From the NCBI GenBank assembly GCA_013239625.1, contig MU055549.1, forward strand, positions 744,001 through 808,000: a DNA stretch of 64,000 bases, given 5' to 3'. The notes below the pieces were generated by a model, which worked only from the letters and a program-made list of their open reading frames with translations, did no database searches and was not told the DNA's origin. A program made the translations under genes and the position numbers. The DNA is from Lama guanicoe (taxonomy: Eukaryota). Of the stretch, positions 47,898 through 60,000 are shown piece by piece; position 1 is the first letter of the stretch; each line of letters starts with the position of its first letter.

Positions 47898-50800
47898 GAT
47901 GTCTGAGCCGCCTGGACGCGCCGCGTGGTGCCACTGGGGGCCTCAGCAAAGCGGATTAACTCTGTCGCGCCCTGCCAGGGTACCTATCCAATTTCTAAAG
48001 AGGATAACGCGATTTGACAAATCTAATTCCAGCTACAAACTCAATTATTGTGATAATAGATGAAAACTGGGAGGAGACGCTGTACGCGGCCCACGTTTTA
48101 AAAAACACACTTAACTCTGGGATGAGATACAACAGTTATGATTTGATTTGATTTGTTCCCGCTCCTTTGAAAACCCTTTAAACCATTTCGATGGTTGGAA
48201 GAACAGCCAACATTGATTACATAGCGAAGCTCTGACCCAAAAGCCCGCGGGTCACGGGAAACGTCTGCTGTCCAAGCTCGGACAGCCGCCTTGACTAGAC
48301 ACGTGAAAGCACGGCTCACCTGCCTGGGTCTCGAGAGCAGATACCTAACCCTCAGCCCGCCGGCCCTGGCTGGTCGGCCCCAGCTTGGACAGCCACGCCC
48401 AGCCCTTCTCCCTGAGAGGCAGTGGGACTGGGGATTAACAAAAAGAAAATTAAACAAACAAAAACAGCCTCCACCCACCCGTGACCCGGAGCATTGGGCA
48501 CGGGGCACACGTCAGGCCTCTGACCGGCCGCACGCACGGGAGCTCCTGCCCCCGACTGAGCCGCTACTCGGGGTCAGGGGGCACGCGGGGCACCGCCCGC
48601 AGCACAGGGGTGCTGCTCCACGGGGGCAGCCGCAGGCACTGGGTCTCGCCCCTCAGATCAGCAGTAAAGCTGACGACCAAACATCCATCTCAAGATGCAG
48701 AGGAAAAGTGTCACAACTTCCACTTGAAAGCCGTGTGGGCGCTGTGCGGCCAGTCTTTCAGGGTTTCCTTGGACCGCTGGGGACACTGTCCCGCTCCGGA
48801 AGGTGGCCAGGGCCTCTGGCCAGCGTACCTCTCACCGGGTGTTCCGGGGGACCTGACAGGCACTTTGTGCGCTTTGGGCCTGAATGTGAAGCTGTCTGCA
48901 GAGGGAGGAGGGAGCTCTGCGGTGGCCTGCACGCAGAAAGGGCCTGTGTGTGTCTGTCTCCGCGTGTGACAACCTCCCCGTCCTCACGGCCCCGCCAGCA
49001 GGACCGCGGACAAACAGCACCACCGCGGAAGCACGCCTGTCAGAGCGTGGTCCCCACCCCAGCTCCTAACCACAGACACCCCGAGTGCAGGTCACTCCCG
49101 TTTGAAGACGAGAACTAGGCGGGAAGGACGTTTTCATCACAGCGTGGAAGGAGGCCAGGCGTCTGATTATCTGATTTCCAGGCAAACGTGACGGGTCACC
49201 AGGGCACCGCGTTCCTCCCTTCAACCCAGAAAACAATTACACAGCGAGGAAAACCCCAAATCCCAACCGGCTCTTCCCGGTGATAATTCAAAAGCACGTC
49301 TTCTCCTGAAAGGCAACAGACCCGAGATCAAGGGAAAACCGAGGGATACGCTGGCTGTCAGGACGGGGACTTCTGAGTCCAAGAGGTGGCTTCCTGCCTT
49401 CGAAGGGCGCGTGCAGCCTCGGGGCACTCACTCCCAGGGGAGAGTGGATGGCCCCAGGCTGACTGTCGGCCTTTTCTGGACACAAGAGACATCAGCAGAG
49501 ACTCTGGACGTAAGCGGTGTCCAAGCTCCGCTTCTCGAACTCTTCTCTTGTCCGAGGGCCTGGGCAGCCCGGGGCAGGAGCGGCTCAGCCTGGGGATCCA
49601 GCCCGAGGTCGCGCACCCTGGAGGCGCTGCCCCTCTCCCCACTCTGGAAAGTTTGGGGCTCTGGCAGCTCAGCACCTGGGCTGCAAAGGGGGCATGTGGA
49701 GCCTCTGCTGACAAGACCCCAGCTGATGGGGGCCCTGATCCAGCACCAGCCCTGAGGCAACACTGCAGGCACCGCAGAGCAGGCCTCTGTCCAGACCAGC
49801 CCACGGACCCTGCGCGGCGAGTCCAATGCCATTTCCTGCCCTTCAGGCCGAACTGGCTGCTGACTGACAGGAGTAGCACGATCTGGACAACTGGACGGGG
49901 GCAGGCCTAACAGACGTGAGTCCAAGAAGACGTTGCCCGCACACAAAGCCCCACGGCCACGTCTCCACTGAGTCAAACCCACAGGCCTCACAAGGCGTGG
50001 GCTGGAGGCAGGACCTCTGACCAACCGACCACACACAGCAGGCCGCAGGGAGCACTGGCCGGCCGTCTGCACACGTGGGTGTGGAGGTGGACTCAGAGGA
50101 CACCTAGAGACCAGCCGAAGAAGCCCAGCACCAGCCAGCAGCTCTCGGTCCAGCGCTCGGGCTGCAGGGCCGCACACGCAGTGGCATCAGATGAAGCAGG
50201 TGGCCCGGGCAGGTCATCATCCCGGAAAGAACTCGCGCCTCGCTGTCCTCAGGGTGGGCGGCGGACAGTCTCAGGGCAGAGCCCCAACCCCAAGCTATCT
50301 CAGAGGCACAGCAGCGGTCAGCCCGGGAGGCCAGCCGGCGCCACTCGCCTGGGGAGCACCTGGGGAGGCCTTGGCAAAGCCCCCTCCTCACAGGGCCTCC
50401 GTAGCCCTGAGGCTGCCCCCCAAAGACTCCGGCTCCTCCCAGAACCGGGCTCTGCACCCCGACGAGGGCCGCGCTCCTGCCGCCCCTTCCTGGGCACCTC
50501 AAGTCCAGCTGTGGGCGTCTGGGATGCACCTGCTTGGGGGCTCCGGGGGCTCCTCGGGGAGCACGAGCTCGCAGCCCTGGGAGCCCCGCGCAGTAGACAC
50601 AGAGCCGGAGGTGGGGACCCCAAGGAGCCCGGCCGGGGAGCCCAGGGGCAGTGCAGGGCCTGGGAAGGGACAAGGGAAACCGTAAGCCGACACCACCTTT
50701 TATGTTCACTGCTTCACTGATTTTCTGTCAAAAAATGCTAACAAGCATGGAAGTCCTTAAGAGCTTTACAATTTTTCAGTTGTTCACCAATACATTTCTC

Positions 50801-51729
50801 TGCTGCACTTGGGCGGCGGTGACACGGCGGGTGACACACGTTCCATCACACCTGTCTGCGCCTGACCGATCGGCCGCAGCCAGGAGCCCGGTGCGGATTC
50901 CCCGCCGGGAGAGAGAACACAGGGACGGCCCTCCAGGCCAGCTGGGGGGTGATGGCCGGGTCTGGCCACCCCCCACCCTTGGGCAGGGACCCCGCTGGCT
51001 GGGGCCTCGCCGAGAGCGGCCTGCGGGGAGGGAGGGAAGCAGAGACCAATCAACCGCCACGATCAGAAAACTGCCCCAAGCAGGGCTCTGGGCAAAGGAA
51101 CAGGGACCCCTTCCCCACGGAATCGCGACCCCACAGACGCAGCGAGCGTCACGGCAGTGGGGGACAGCGGGGGGGGCAGGGAGCGGGCAGCTGTGGGATC
51201 AGCTGTGGTGGGTGGAGGGAGCGTCGCCTGCGCTGGGGATCACGCCTCATGCCACGTGCCGCGTGGAGCCGCAGCCCCCGCAGCTGCTTCTTCCCGGTCC
51301 CTCCCCACACCCACCCTGCAGGCCCCCGCACTTAATCACAGGAACGCAAACCGCGTGCAAATCGACTGGTCACTGCACAGCAGAAGACAGCTCCTGCCTG
51401 CCCAGAGCACAGAGGAACATGGACCAGTGTCAACCAAAACCATCGTGTCGAGCTGGAGTGCCGTTATGTTCAGAGTCAGTACAGCCCTATTTAACCTGAA
51501 GAATGTCTTCTTAATTTTACGTTGATAATGCCTGAATGGCGTGCACGTGAAACTGAAAGTTATTCACACTTTGCTAACATTTCTTGCGGAACGTTAAGTT
51601 TCCTTAATCATAAGACGCGTAGAGAGATGTGTAAAGATTTCACATGGAGTCAGCTTGCAAGGGAAACACTTTCCTTTTCAATTAAATCATTTAAAGTTTG
51701 ACAGCTTATCAGCCGTTAACCACCCGACT

Positions 51730-52865
51730 AGATTTTGTGTGTGTGTTACTGACGCATGACAGACATTCACAAAACTGTGTGGACTTCAAGTCTGCACTTA
51801 GCAGGGGTCTGACGCGTCTCCACGCCCATGAAGCCATCACCACGGCCAAGGTAACAAGCATGCCTGTCACCCCGAGAGGCCCGTGTCCCTCTGCTCCTCA
51901 TCACCCCTCCCTCCAGCCCCATCGCAGGAACCCCTACAGGTCAGCTTGCACTGTCAAGAGCGTATCGGTGGACTCACACAGAAGGTGCACTTGGTGTGGC
52001 GTCGTCCACTCAGCACAGTGACTCTGACATCCACCCACGCTGCTGCGGGCAGCAGTGATCCCTTCCCTCCTCCTGCTGGGCGGCTCTGCTGCCTGTTCAC
52101 CCATGGACCTGCTGGGGGGTGTCTGGGTGCTCACAGCTTGGGGTTTTATCAGTAAAGTTGCACACAGCCCTCGTGTGGCCGTGTGCTTTCACCCGCCTTA
52201 GGTGAGGCCCGGGGTGGAGTGCTTAGGTCGTCGGGCAGGCGTGCTTTTCACCGGCTAGGAATCTGCCAGCATGTCTTGCTCAGCGGCTGTGTGGCTTGCA
52301 GCATCCGCCGCGGCAGCACCCGAGAGCTCAGGCTCTTGCTCGCCCTCACCAGCCCGTGACACGGCCCGTCTTCCAACTTCAGCCAATAGTGGGAAATCCG
52401 TGGCCTCTGGCGGACAGTGTGGCCCTCACGTGCGTGGCCTAATGAGTGTTACCTGGGTCCCAGCAGCACCTCACTGCCCAAGCGCCGCAGGGCCACAGCG
52501 AGCCGTAAGCAGGCAGCGCGAGTCCCCCACCGCTGCGCGCTGCTAAGCTGCTTCGCTTAGTCTGTGTCCTCTTACGTTTCCACATAAACTTTGGAAGCAG
52601 TTTCTCAACTTCTGCAATAAAAGGGTCTGCTCGGATTTTAGCTGGTACCACACCAAACCTTCACGTCACTGTGGGAGAAGTTAACGTTAACATCTCAAGG
52701 ACACTGAGTCTTTCAACCCATGAACATGGTGTATCTCTCCACATTTTCTTTTATTTCTCTAAGCAATACGTTGTGCTGTGTGTCTCTGGCCTACGTTATG
52801 CAGTATTTCATATTTTGATGCTATTACAAATGGTAACGTTGTTTGAATTTCACGTTCTACCTGAA
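51730..52865 (-). mobile_element. Diverged L1M(B-like) 3' end plus ORF2 fragment
   Basis: cccatgaagccatcaccacggccaaggtaacaagcatgcctgtcacccc resembles an L1MB 3'UTR, and tttccacataaactttggaagcagttt..gagtctttcaacccatgaacatggtgtatctctccacatt resembles antisense ORF2. ORF 52439..52651 reads EKLLPKFMWKRKRTQ. Confidence 0.75.
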
Positions 52866-54041
52866 TCACTTACAAATGAACAGCTTTCAAGCCGTAACTA
52901 CGTGACTAGATTTTAAAGATGTAAACAAAATACCTTTGGGTTAGAAATCCACTCTGACTGTTCAGGAAAGCACTTCACTTTCTACTGTTTCTTCCTGAAG
53001 GAGACATTGTCCTCATTACTTTCAGTGCAGTCAGTTCAGTAAAGTTGATCTCAAGCCTCAAACAATTTGCACTGGGCTCTGGACTTCTTCAAACCTGCAT
53101 CACAAAGGGGTGGAGCTATGCATCTGGGGGCACAGTGTGATCTGGCTGGAGTATAAGGATGTGTGTGGGGGAGGGGACAGCAAGCTTGACTCTAGGACTG
53201 GACACACTCTGGCCTCCTCATCCCAGTGAGACGCAGAGACCTGCACCGTCTTCACCCCCCGGGTTGGTTTGGCCCCGCTTCTCTCCAGCGTTCACTAGGG
53301 AACATTCCCTGGATGGCTCAGGCTTAGCGAGAAGAATGGACCAGAGTCGAGAAAATAAAACCAAAGTGGATCACTACTTCTGGTCTATTCTGTGCATTTA
53401 CTTCAACAAGAACTTCAAGGCTACGTCTGACAGGCCTTTGAAATTTGAAACAACCCACCTATCCCTTCTCTGCCTTTCCATAGCTCCGGTGGCCTCACCT
53501 CTTTTCCCAAAACTGCAGTGCCCACCCCCCCGAATCACGTTCACATCCCTTCACCTGATCTCAGAGAATCTTCAGGATGCTAGCCTCCCCCTCCCATGCC
53601 GTCTCCTTCAGACAGCCCACGCCCGGACGGCTGGGATTACCCTTGCTCACTGCCCAGAGCTGCTTCGATGCACCAGCGCACAAGTCCACGTGCCACCTCC
53701 CCATCACCACACCACCCAAACACCACCTCCTCCTCTGCAAGTCTTCTCTGAGGTCACCATTGAGAGAAGGAATCTCTTCCTGCTATTTTTTTTTTAAGTT
53801 TGTCCAAAAAAGTCACAGTTGCAAGGCTTCAGCAGTGCCCTGATCACTTCAGTTTTTTACCCCCGAGGCTGTTGCTGCCTCTCAGTTGTCTTCTTTAGAT
53901 ATTTACCTCCATGTCTCTGAAGTTGACAATGCTGCTCCTTGATTTTCTAGTTTTCAACATTAACTATTGATGTTTCCACTGCAGAAGATGGGGATTTTAT
54001 CCCTTTATACCACTTTTCCCTTCAATCACATGACTGTCTCT

Positions 54042-54063
54042 CACACACACATACACACACACA
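54042..54063. repeat. Short interrupted (CA)n microsatellite
   Basis: cacacacacatacacacacaca. Confidence 0.75.
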
Positions 54064-57000
54064 ACTATCTCTGATCCCCATTCTCTGGATAAAAACAGCT
54101 TTAAATAAATTAATAATCAGCACTTATGTCATTATAGCTTTGAAAATGCTCTTATTGCATTAAGATTGCGTTTCCCCTCTCGAGCAGCTTTTTGTTTTCC
54201 CTGGAGCTCATTATCGCCTTCTTTTTTGTTAACAGAGTTCTTTAACATTCATTCATCATAATTCATTCACACACTCTCTAAACCTCATCTCGGTATCTCA
54301 AAACATAAAAACCTATTAATTTCACTTTGGAGACTCTCTCTTAGAAACCTAACCAGCTGCATGGCTGCGCTCTCTCCTGTCACATACATGTCATGCTCCT
54401 GGGATCTCCCGTCTCTGCTGACCTGGGGATTCCCCTGAGAGAATCAGGCCCAGCACAGAGCAGCACACATCAGAGTTTACGGGGCTGAACAGAAAGGGGA
54501 TGTGCTTTTCATGCTCAGGGCGCCAGACAAGCTCTCTGCTAAGAGCCCAGCAGACACCTGGTCAGGGTGGAAGTAACCAGCACTCATGTCCGAGCTCTCT
54601 GCTCCACACCCTCAGGGGAGCTGGTACACTCGAACCCCAGCTTCCTGTGTTTCCTGGACCTTCTGATAGAGTACCAAAGCTTCCTGACTAAGGGCACTGG
54701 GGACATTTTTTAAAAAGACCTTACATACCTAAAATACAGTCTTCATTTTCCCTGTCCACATGTTTACAGACTGGCTGGATGAGCATTCTGGATGGGAATT
54801 CCCGGCACGCCAGGGGTTGAGGTAGGTCTTCTGCCTTCCAGTGTGGCCTTGAGAAGTGTGGGCACTTGGGGTGTCATGGTCAGCATGCATGTCTTGTGTC
54901 TGCATCCATGGCCCCCGGCAGCAGGCCCAACACACAGAGCACAACACACACACCCTGTAGCCAAGTGGAAAGGCTTCACTCCACCTTCGTGCCCAGGAAG
55001 CTGGACCAAGACCTCCACCAAGAGCAGCAGACTTCACTGAGGCCTCCGAGAGGAGGCTGACACGTGTGGTCTCAGCTCGGGGCCTGCGGGGAGCATTCCA
55101 CTGCTGGCCCCTGCTCTCCAGCGGTCCTCTCTTGGTCCTTGGTGAGGAAGTGGAGAGGTAATGCTCTAGAACTTCTCAACACAGCCAGCAAGCCTCCCAC
55201 ATGCATCTGAAGGCCGTGCCAGCCTCCTAGACACGTGTTCTTGTCCGAAATACTGCTTCTACGGGTGGAAATGGTACCCAAAGTGAAGGGCAGGTACTGG
55301 TGCTCCAGGAAAGGACATTACAGCTGGCAAATGTGGCCACATGACTGGACACTCATGGGCATCCGACACTCAGGGACAAGTTCCCTGCTGCAGGGTGCTT
55401 AGTCCCCAGAGACCTGGTCATGTGCCCAGGATGACAGGGCTCCTCCCATCCCCCACCCAAAACCCTGGAGTAGGTGCCACACCCAAAGGGCCAGCGCCAC
55501 ACCTGGGGGTGCCCACTACCTGCCAGCATGCAGCGGCCATTGCCTCCAAACCAGGACAGAGAAAAGCAGTTCCTTTCTCCATGAGCCCCCATCCCTCCCG
55601 ACAGGCCCGCCTAGACTCCTGGGGGCCCTGGCCTCTGTCAAGGGATGCAGTGATTGCCCCCAGGCCTGGCAGTGGCCCTCCTTCCCACCAGTCAGCACAC
55701 CAGCCTCTCCCAGAAACATCTGTCGGCCTTCCCAGCCTGTCCTGGACTCAGTGGATCAGAACCCCAGGCTCCCGCAGCCACGCTGCAAGTCCAAGTGAGG
55801 CAGAGAAGACCCCACAGCCTCGGCCTCCTCCCCGTCCAACCGGGGCAGCCATGGGCGGTGTGAGGGTCCCATGAGAGGCGGTTCGTGAAGTGCTCCCACT
55901 CGAGCTAGCACTGAGCCTGCAAGCGTTTCCGTGTCACCACCTGTTCTCAACACCGCTCAGCACCACCAGCTGGACGGCACGCACTGAAAACGTCTGCCCT
56001 GCTCTCACGGCTGCGAGCAGACGCACAGGGTCTTCCGGACACCAAGGGGCGCACAGCGACGTGAAGCACACCAAGCTCAGTGGGGACAGCACGCCGCCTC
56101 CCCCGAGAGCCCTGGGCACAGCCCCTTCCTCCCGCTGCCCATGGCCCAGCCCAGGGAGCCTCTCATCCTGGACACCAGGAGGAAATGGTCACTGGTCTCA
56201 GTGCTGCAGGGCGTGCTGTTGGCCAAGAGCCACGTTTTAAGTCCGAGGTCTTCCCGGGCGAGCTCTCACCCCACAAACAGCCACACAGGAGGTGCCCAGG
56301 CACCACTTCCTCTTCCTTCTTGAGCCGCCCTGGCTCCATCCCTCCCGCCTTCCTGCCAGGCCTCGCGGACCCAGGCTGTGCAGTGACTGGGACCTGCTCA
56401 AGCTTCAGGGCCCTGGGTTGGGGAGACCCTTCCAGAAGCACACAGCTCAGTGTCTCCCTGAGCTCACAGAAAACCTTGGCACCTGAGACTCCAGCAGCTC
56501 TCGGACCCCGAGGTCGCAGCCCAGATGGGCAGCTGGGTTACAGGGGCCGGGAAAGGCTCTGCTCCACCACTGGCCCTTGGCCAGGACACACCCAGCGTCT
56601 CCCCAGAAGGCACGGCCGGATAAAATCAACCTCGTGGCAACTGTCCTCCCTGTTGGATAGCCCCACGCCAGCTCATCTGTTAGAGGGAAATAAAAAAGTC
56701 AAGCCTAAATGTGTAAAAAATTATGATGGAAGCCCTAAATAAGGCAGGGGCTGCAAGCTCATTGAGTCAAAAATCAATCAATCAATGGGTGAGTGGATTA
56801 GGCGCACCTCATAAGCCCCAAAGAAATAATTCGCCCAAACACTGGGCTTTAACAGTGGAGGACCAAATTCCAACACTTTTAGGAAGTAAATAATGAAAAA
56901 TCAATTTAAAGAAAACACAGATCAAGAAGCCTGGGCCCTGACGTGCGGACACATTTACTGCTGAGCGCCGTCTCGGGCTGACCCGAAAACTTCGGGAGCG

Positions 57001-57139
57001 TTTATTTACTTTCTGCACCTTCCAGGGATCAATATTTTTAATTTGGATCCGAGTTATTATTTTTCACATCACAGCAGCGGGGAGCAGAGTAAAGTGGCTC
57101 ATATTTTAGTGCTAAAAAGATCGATATGACAGCTTCACC

Positions 57140-57440
57140 TTCCCTGCAGCCCCGGCCGCCGCCCGGCTGCACATCACCCGTCCCGCGGGGCCGCGGGCGC
57201 CGAGCCGGGGGCGCGCTGCCCCGCCCGCTGGGCAGGCGGCGTGATTTAGCGGAGCGCGGAAGGCCCGGTGCCCTCGGAAAACCAATCTTGCTTCCCTCAC
57301 TTCATCAGCCCTGTCTGGCCCCACAGGCGGGAGAGGCATGGAGCTGGGGCGAGGCAGGGGCCTCCTAAGGCACAACGGTGCCCGCGCCAGAAACGCACGC
57401 CCCTCGGCCCCCGTCCTCGGCCCAGAGAACAGCAGTAACG
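57140..57440. promoter_or_regulatory. CpG-island-like core next to an AT-rich block; possible intragenic promoter or enhancer
   Basis: Very dense CpG, a GC box (CCCCGCCC) and AACCAATC, with an abrupt boundary to the AT-rich 56680-57130 block. Confidence 0.35.
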
Positions 57441-58577
57441 CCATGAACCTTCCATGAATGTTCCCTGAAATCTGAGGAAAGGGGCAGGTCTCAGAGAAGG
57501 GTGCCAGGAGGGTCTGAGAGGGCGTCTCCCCAGGAGGAGCACAGCTTCGGGCCCGTCCCCCAGGGCCCCGGACTTGACGGAAAGAGCAGCCGCGCACCCC
57601 CCTCCAGCAGGCGCCCTGGGTCGGGCGGGGGCAGACCCCACTTTGCCAGAGGGAGGCCCAGACCCTCCCGTAGGAGGCCACCGAGGCCAGCGGGACCCTC
57701 CAGGCGCGCTCCCTCGTGAGGAGAGGAAGGAGCCCCCAAGACGGGAGGGGAAGGAAGAGGAAGGAGCCAGTTTGCTGGTGACCAGCTGTCAAGGTATCCT
57801 GGGCCCAAGAGCCACCAGCATGGACAATGGAGTAAGTGGGAGTGTGGACAGATCCCTCCAGGTGAGGACGGACTCCTCCTAGGTGAGGATGGGCCCCTCT
57901 CTGTGTGGATGGAGCCCCCTGGGTGTAGGCAGAGCCCCGGGTGCCAGGGCTGCCCCTGGGCCACGAGGTCTGACTCTGGGGGGACCTGCTGTCAGGGCAC
58001 AGCGTCCCCCTGGACCTGGAACCCGTGGGCCAGGTGGGTTTTCAAAGTGAAGCTTCAGGCTGGAATGGGAGGTGCTTCCTGGAGGGGCCTGAAAGGGTCA
58101 CTTTTCCTCCCTCGTTTGATTTCACCCTGGACAAGCGAGGCCGTGGGAAACCTTGGTGGCCCTCAAGTCCATGTCCGTGGGTTTCTGGTCTGGCCACTCT
58201 CGCCTCAGCAAGGGAAGCCCACCTATGCTCCTCTTTTCAGGGATCTACTTAGCCAGGGATGAAGGCGGAGGCCGCAGGCTGGAGGCAGGGCTGAGCCCAG
58301 GACCCTCGGGCAGCAGAGGCGCCGCCAGTCATGGCCTCGCAACCCAGGAAGCCCCCCACAGCCCCCCGTCTTCCCAGTGCCCTGGGGTCGCCAGGTTCCA
58401 GTGCTGAAGAGCACGGACCTGTCTCTGCCCAGATGGATCCCCACCTTCAGAGCTTTGAGGGGAAGTCAGAACCACCACATGTTAAGGCAACCCCAAGACT
58501 GCCAAGGCCATGTGGGTAAGTGTCCTCCACCAGCCCGTCCTCTGTGCCCACTGTGGACCGCCGCTGCACTCAAGCAA

Positions 58578-58699
58578 GTCACCAAGTGAGTGGGGAGGAT
58601 GTGGGGCCACCACGTGAGAGGGGAGGACTGGGTACCAGGTGAGAGGGGAGGATGCAGGGTCACCAGGTGAGGGGGGAGGATGTGGGGTCACCAGGTGAT
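58578..58699. repeat. Degenerate G-rich minisatellite, about 4.5 copies of ~28 bp (GTCACCAGGTGAGAGGGGAGGATGTGGG)
   Basis: Repeated cacca[a/c/g]gtgag.ggggagga blocks. Confidence 0.85.
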
Positions 58700-59739
58700 A
58701 AAGTCACGTGAGTGGCCCCTGGCCGTGTCTCCTTGGGCCATTACCAACCTGGACAAGCCTGAATGCACACCAGCCCCTATTCTGGGCTCCCAGGTCAGAC
58801 AAATGACCAGGAGAACAGTGAGGGGCCCCCATGCTGGATGTTTTACCCTGCAGTGCAATCAGATGAGGAAGTTACACAACAGTAAGTTCACAACTTCATC
58901 CTCATTCTGCCACGCTGGAGCCGGGGGTAGGAAAGCTGTCACTCTGAGTCTCCACGTTCAGCCCTGTCGGCCGGCGGGTGATGCCTGTCTCCGCTCCCCA
59001 CACACGGCAAAGTCAGACATGACTCTCAGCTGCATTGGTGGGCACTTCGCAGTCTTGAGAACCGTGCAGCACCTCCTCGGTGTCAGGCCGAGGGCGCCGG
59101 GGGCGCCGAGGTTAAGAAGGCAGTGCCTGTGACCCACTGCCTCTCTGGGGGGTTCCCAGGGGGCCGATCCTGGGGTCTGGGTGGAAGCATTTTCCAAGGG
59201 GCTGGATGAGCCTCTGAAACCAGGAGGAGGGAGTGTGGGGAGACCACTGCGGGAAACCGGGGCCCCGCAGGCTCCCGCCGCAGCCTTCGGACACTCCGTG
59301 TGACTCAGAGGGTTTCCTGGTCCCTCCGTCTGGACACTGTGCTCGGTGCCTCCCCCGGGGACCCTGTCCCTGAACCTGGCCCACCCCGCCCAGTGGGTCT
59401 ACATGCAGCCCTTGCACACCCCGGGGGGAACCCCTCAGTCCCTCCCTATGCTCGGGCCCAGCATTCATGGGCGTGGGGGAGACGGGGCATCTGTGTCCCT
59501 GGAGGCCGGCACCGCCTGAGGAAAGTCCCAGCCTTCCTTGGAACCTGTCCTTGTAGCCGAGAAAGTTTCCTCCAAGTGTTCTTGTATGAATCATCTTTCT
59601 GACAGAGTCACGGATTCACATCACATGCCTGATTAACGGTCTTCCAATGGACTCGATCATTAAACCCAACAATTTACAGAGGGTGTGCTGACACTGTCCA
59701 CACAGAGCATGCATGACAGAGCGGGGAGCCAGGCCTGGG

Positions 59740-60000
59740 AGGGCAGGATTACATAGAACAGGGAGGAGCAGATGGGACAAGGGAAGAAGCAGGGCTGACA
59801 GGGAGGTCCAGGCAGGGCTTTCCTGAGGCAGCCAGCCCACAGGTAACTGGGGAAGAAGGGGCGCCCAGGTGGGGCCAGACTGGTGCAAAGGCCCTGAGGC
59901 AGGTTTGCTCTGGCCCAGGGATGGAAAGGAAGTGGGGGCCTGCACGGGACAGAGGAAGGGAAGAGCAGGAGGGGCTGAGGACAGAGGGTGTGGCTGGACT
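59740..60000 (-). mobile_element. L2 LINE relic
   Basis: caggcagggctttcctgagg..gtgcaaaggccctgaggcagg is the reverse complement of the typical L2 3' word cctgcctcagggcctttgcac. Confidence 0.55.

Noticed and set aside
55884-55896. cgtgaagtgctc, which encodes EHFT on the minus strand like the end of INPP5A exon 4
   Set aside because: There is no GT donor after it and the upstream codons do not match ENYKSQ. Chance 12-mer.
55955-55980. RE1/NRSE-like half-sites TCAGCACC..GGACGG
   Set aside because: Non-canonical spacer plus a mismatch in the right half-site; too weak to call.
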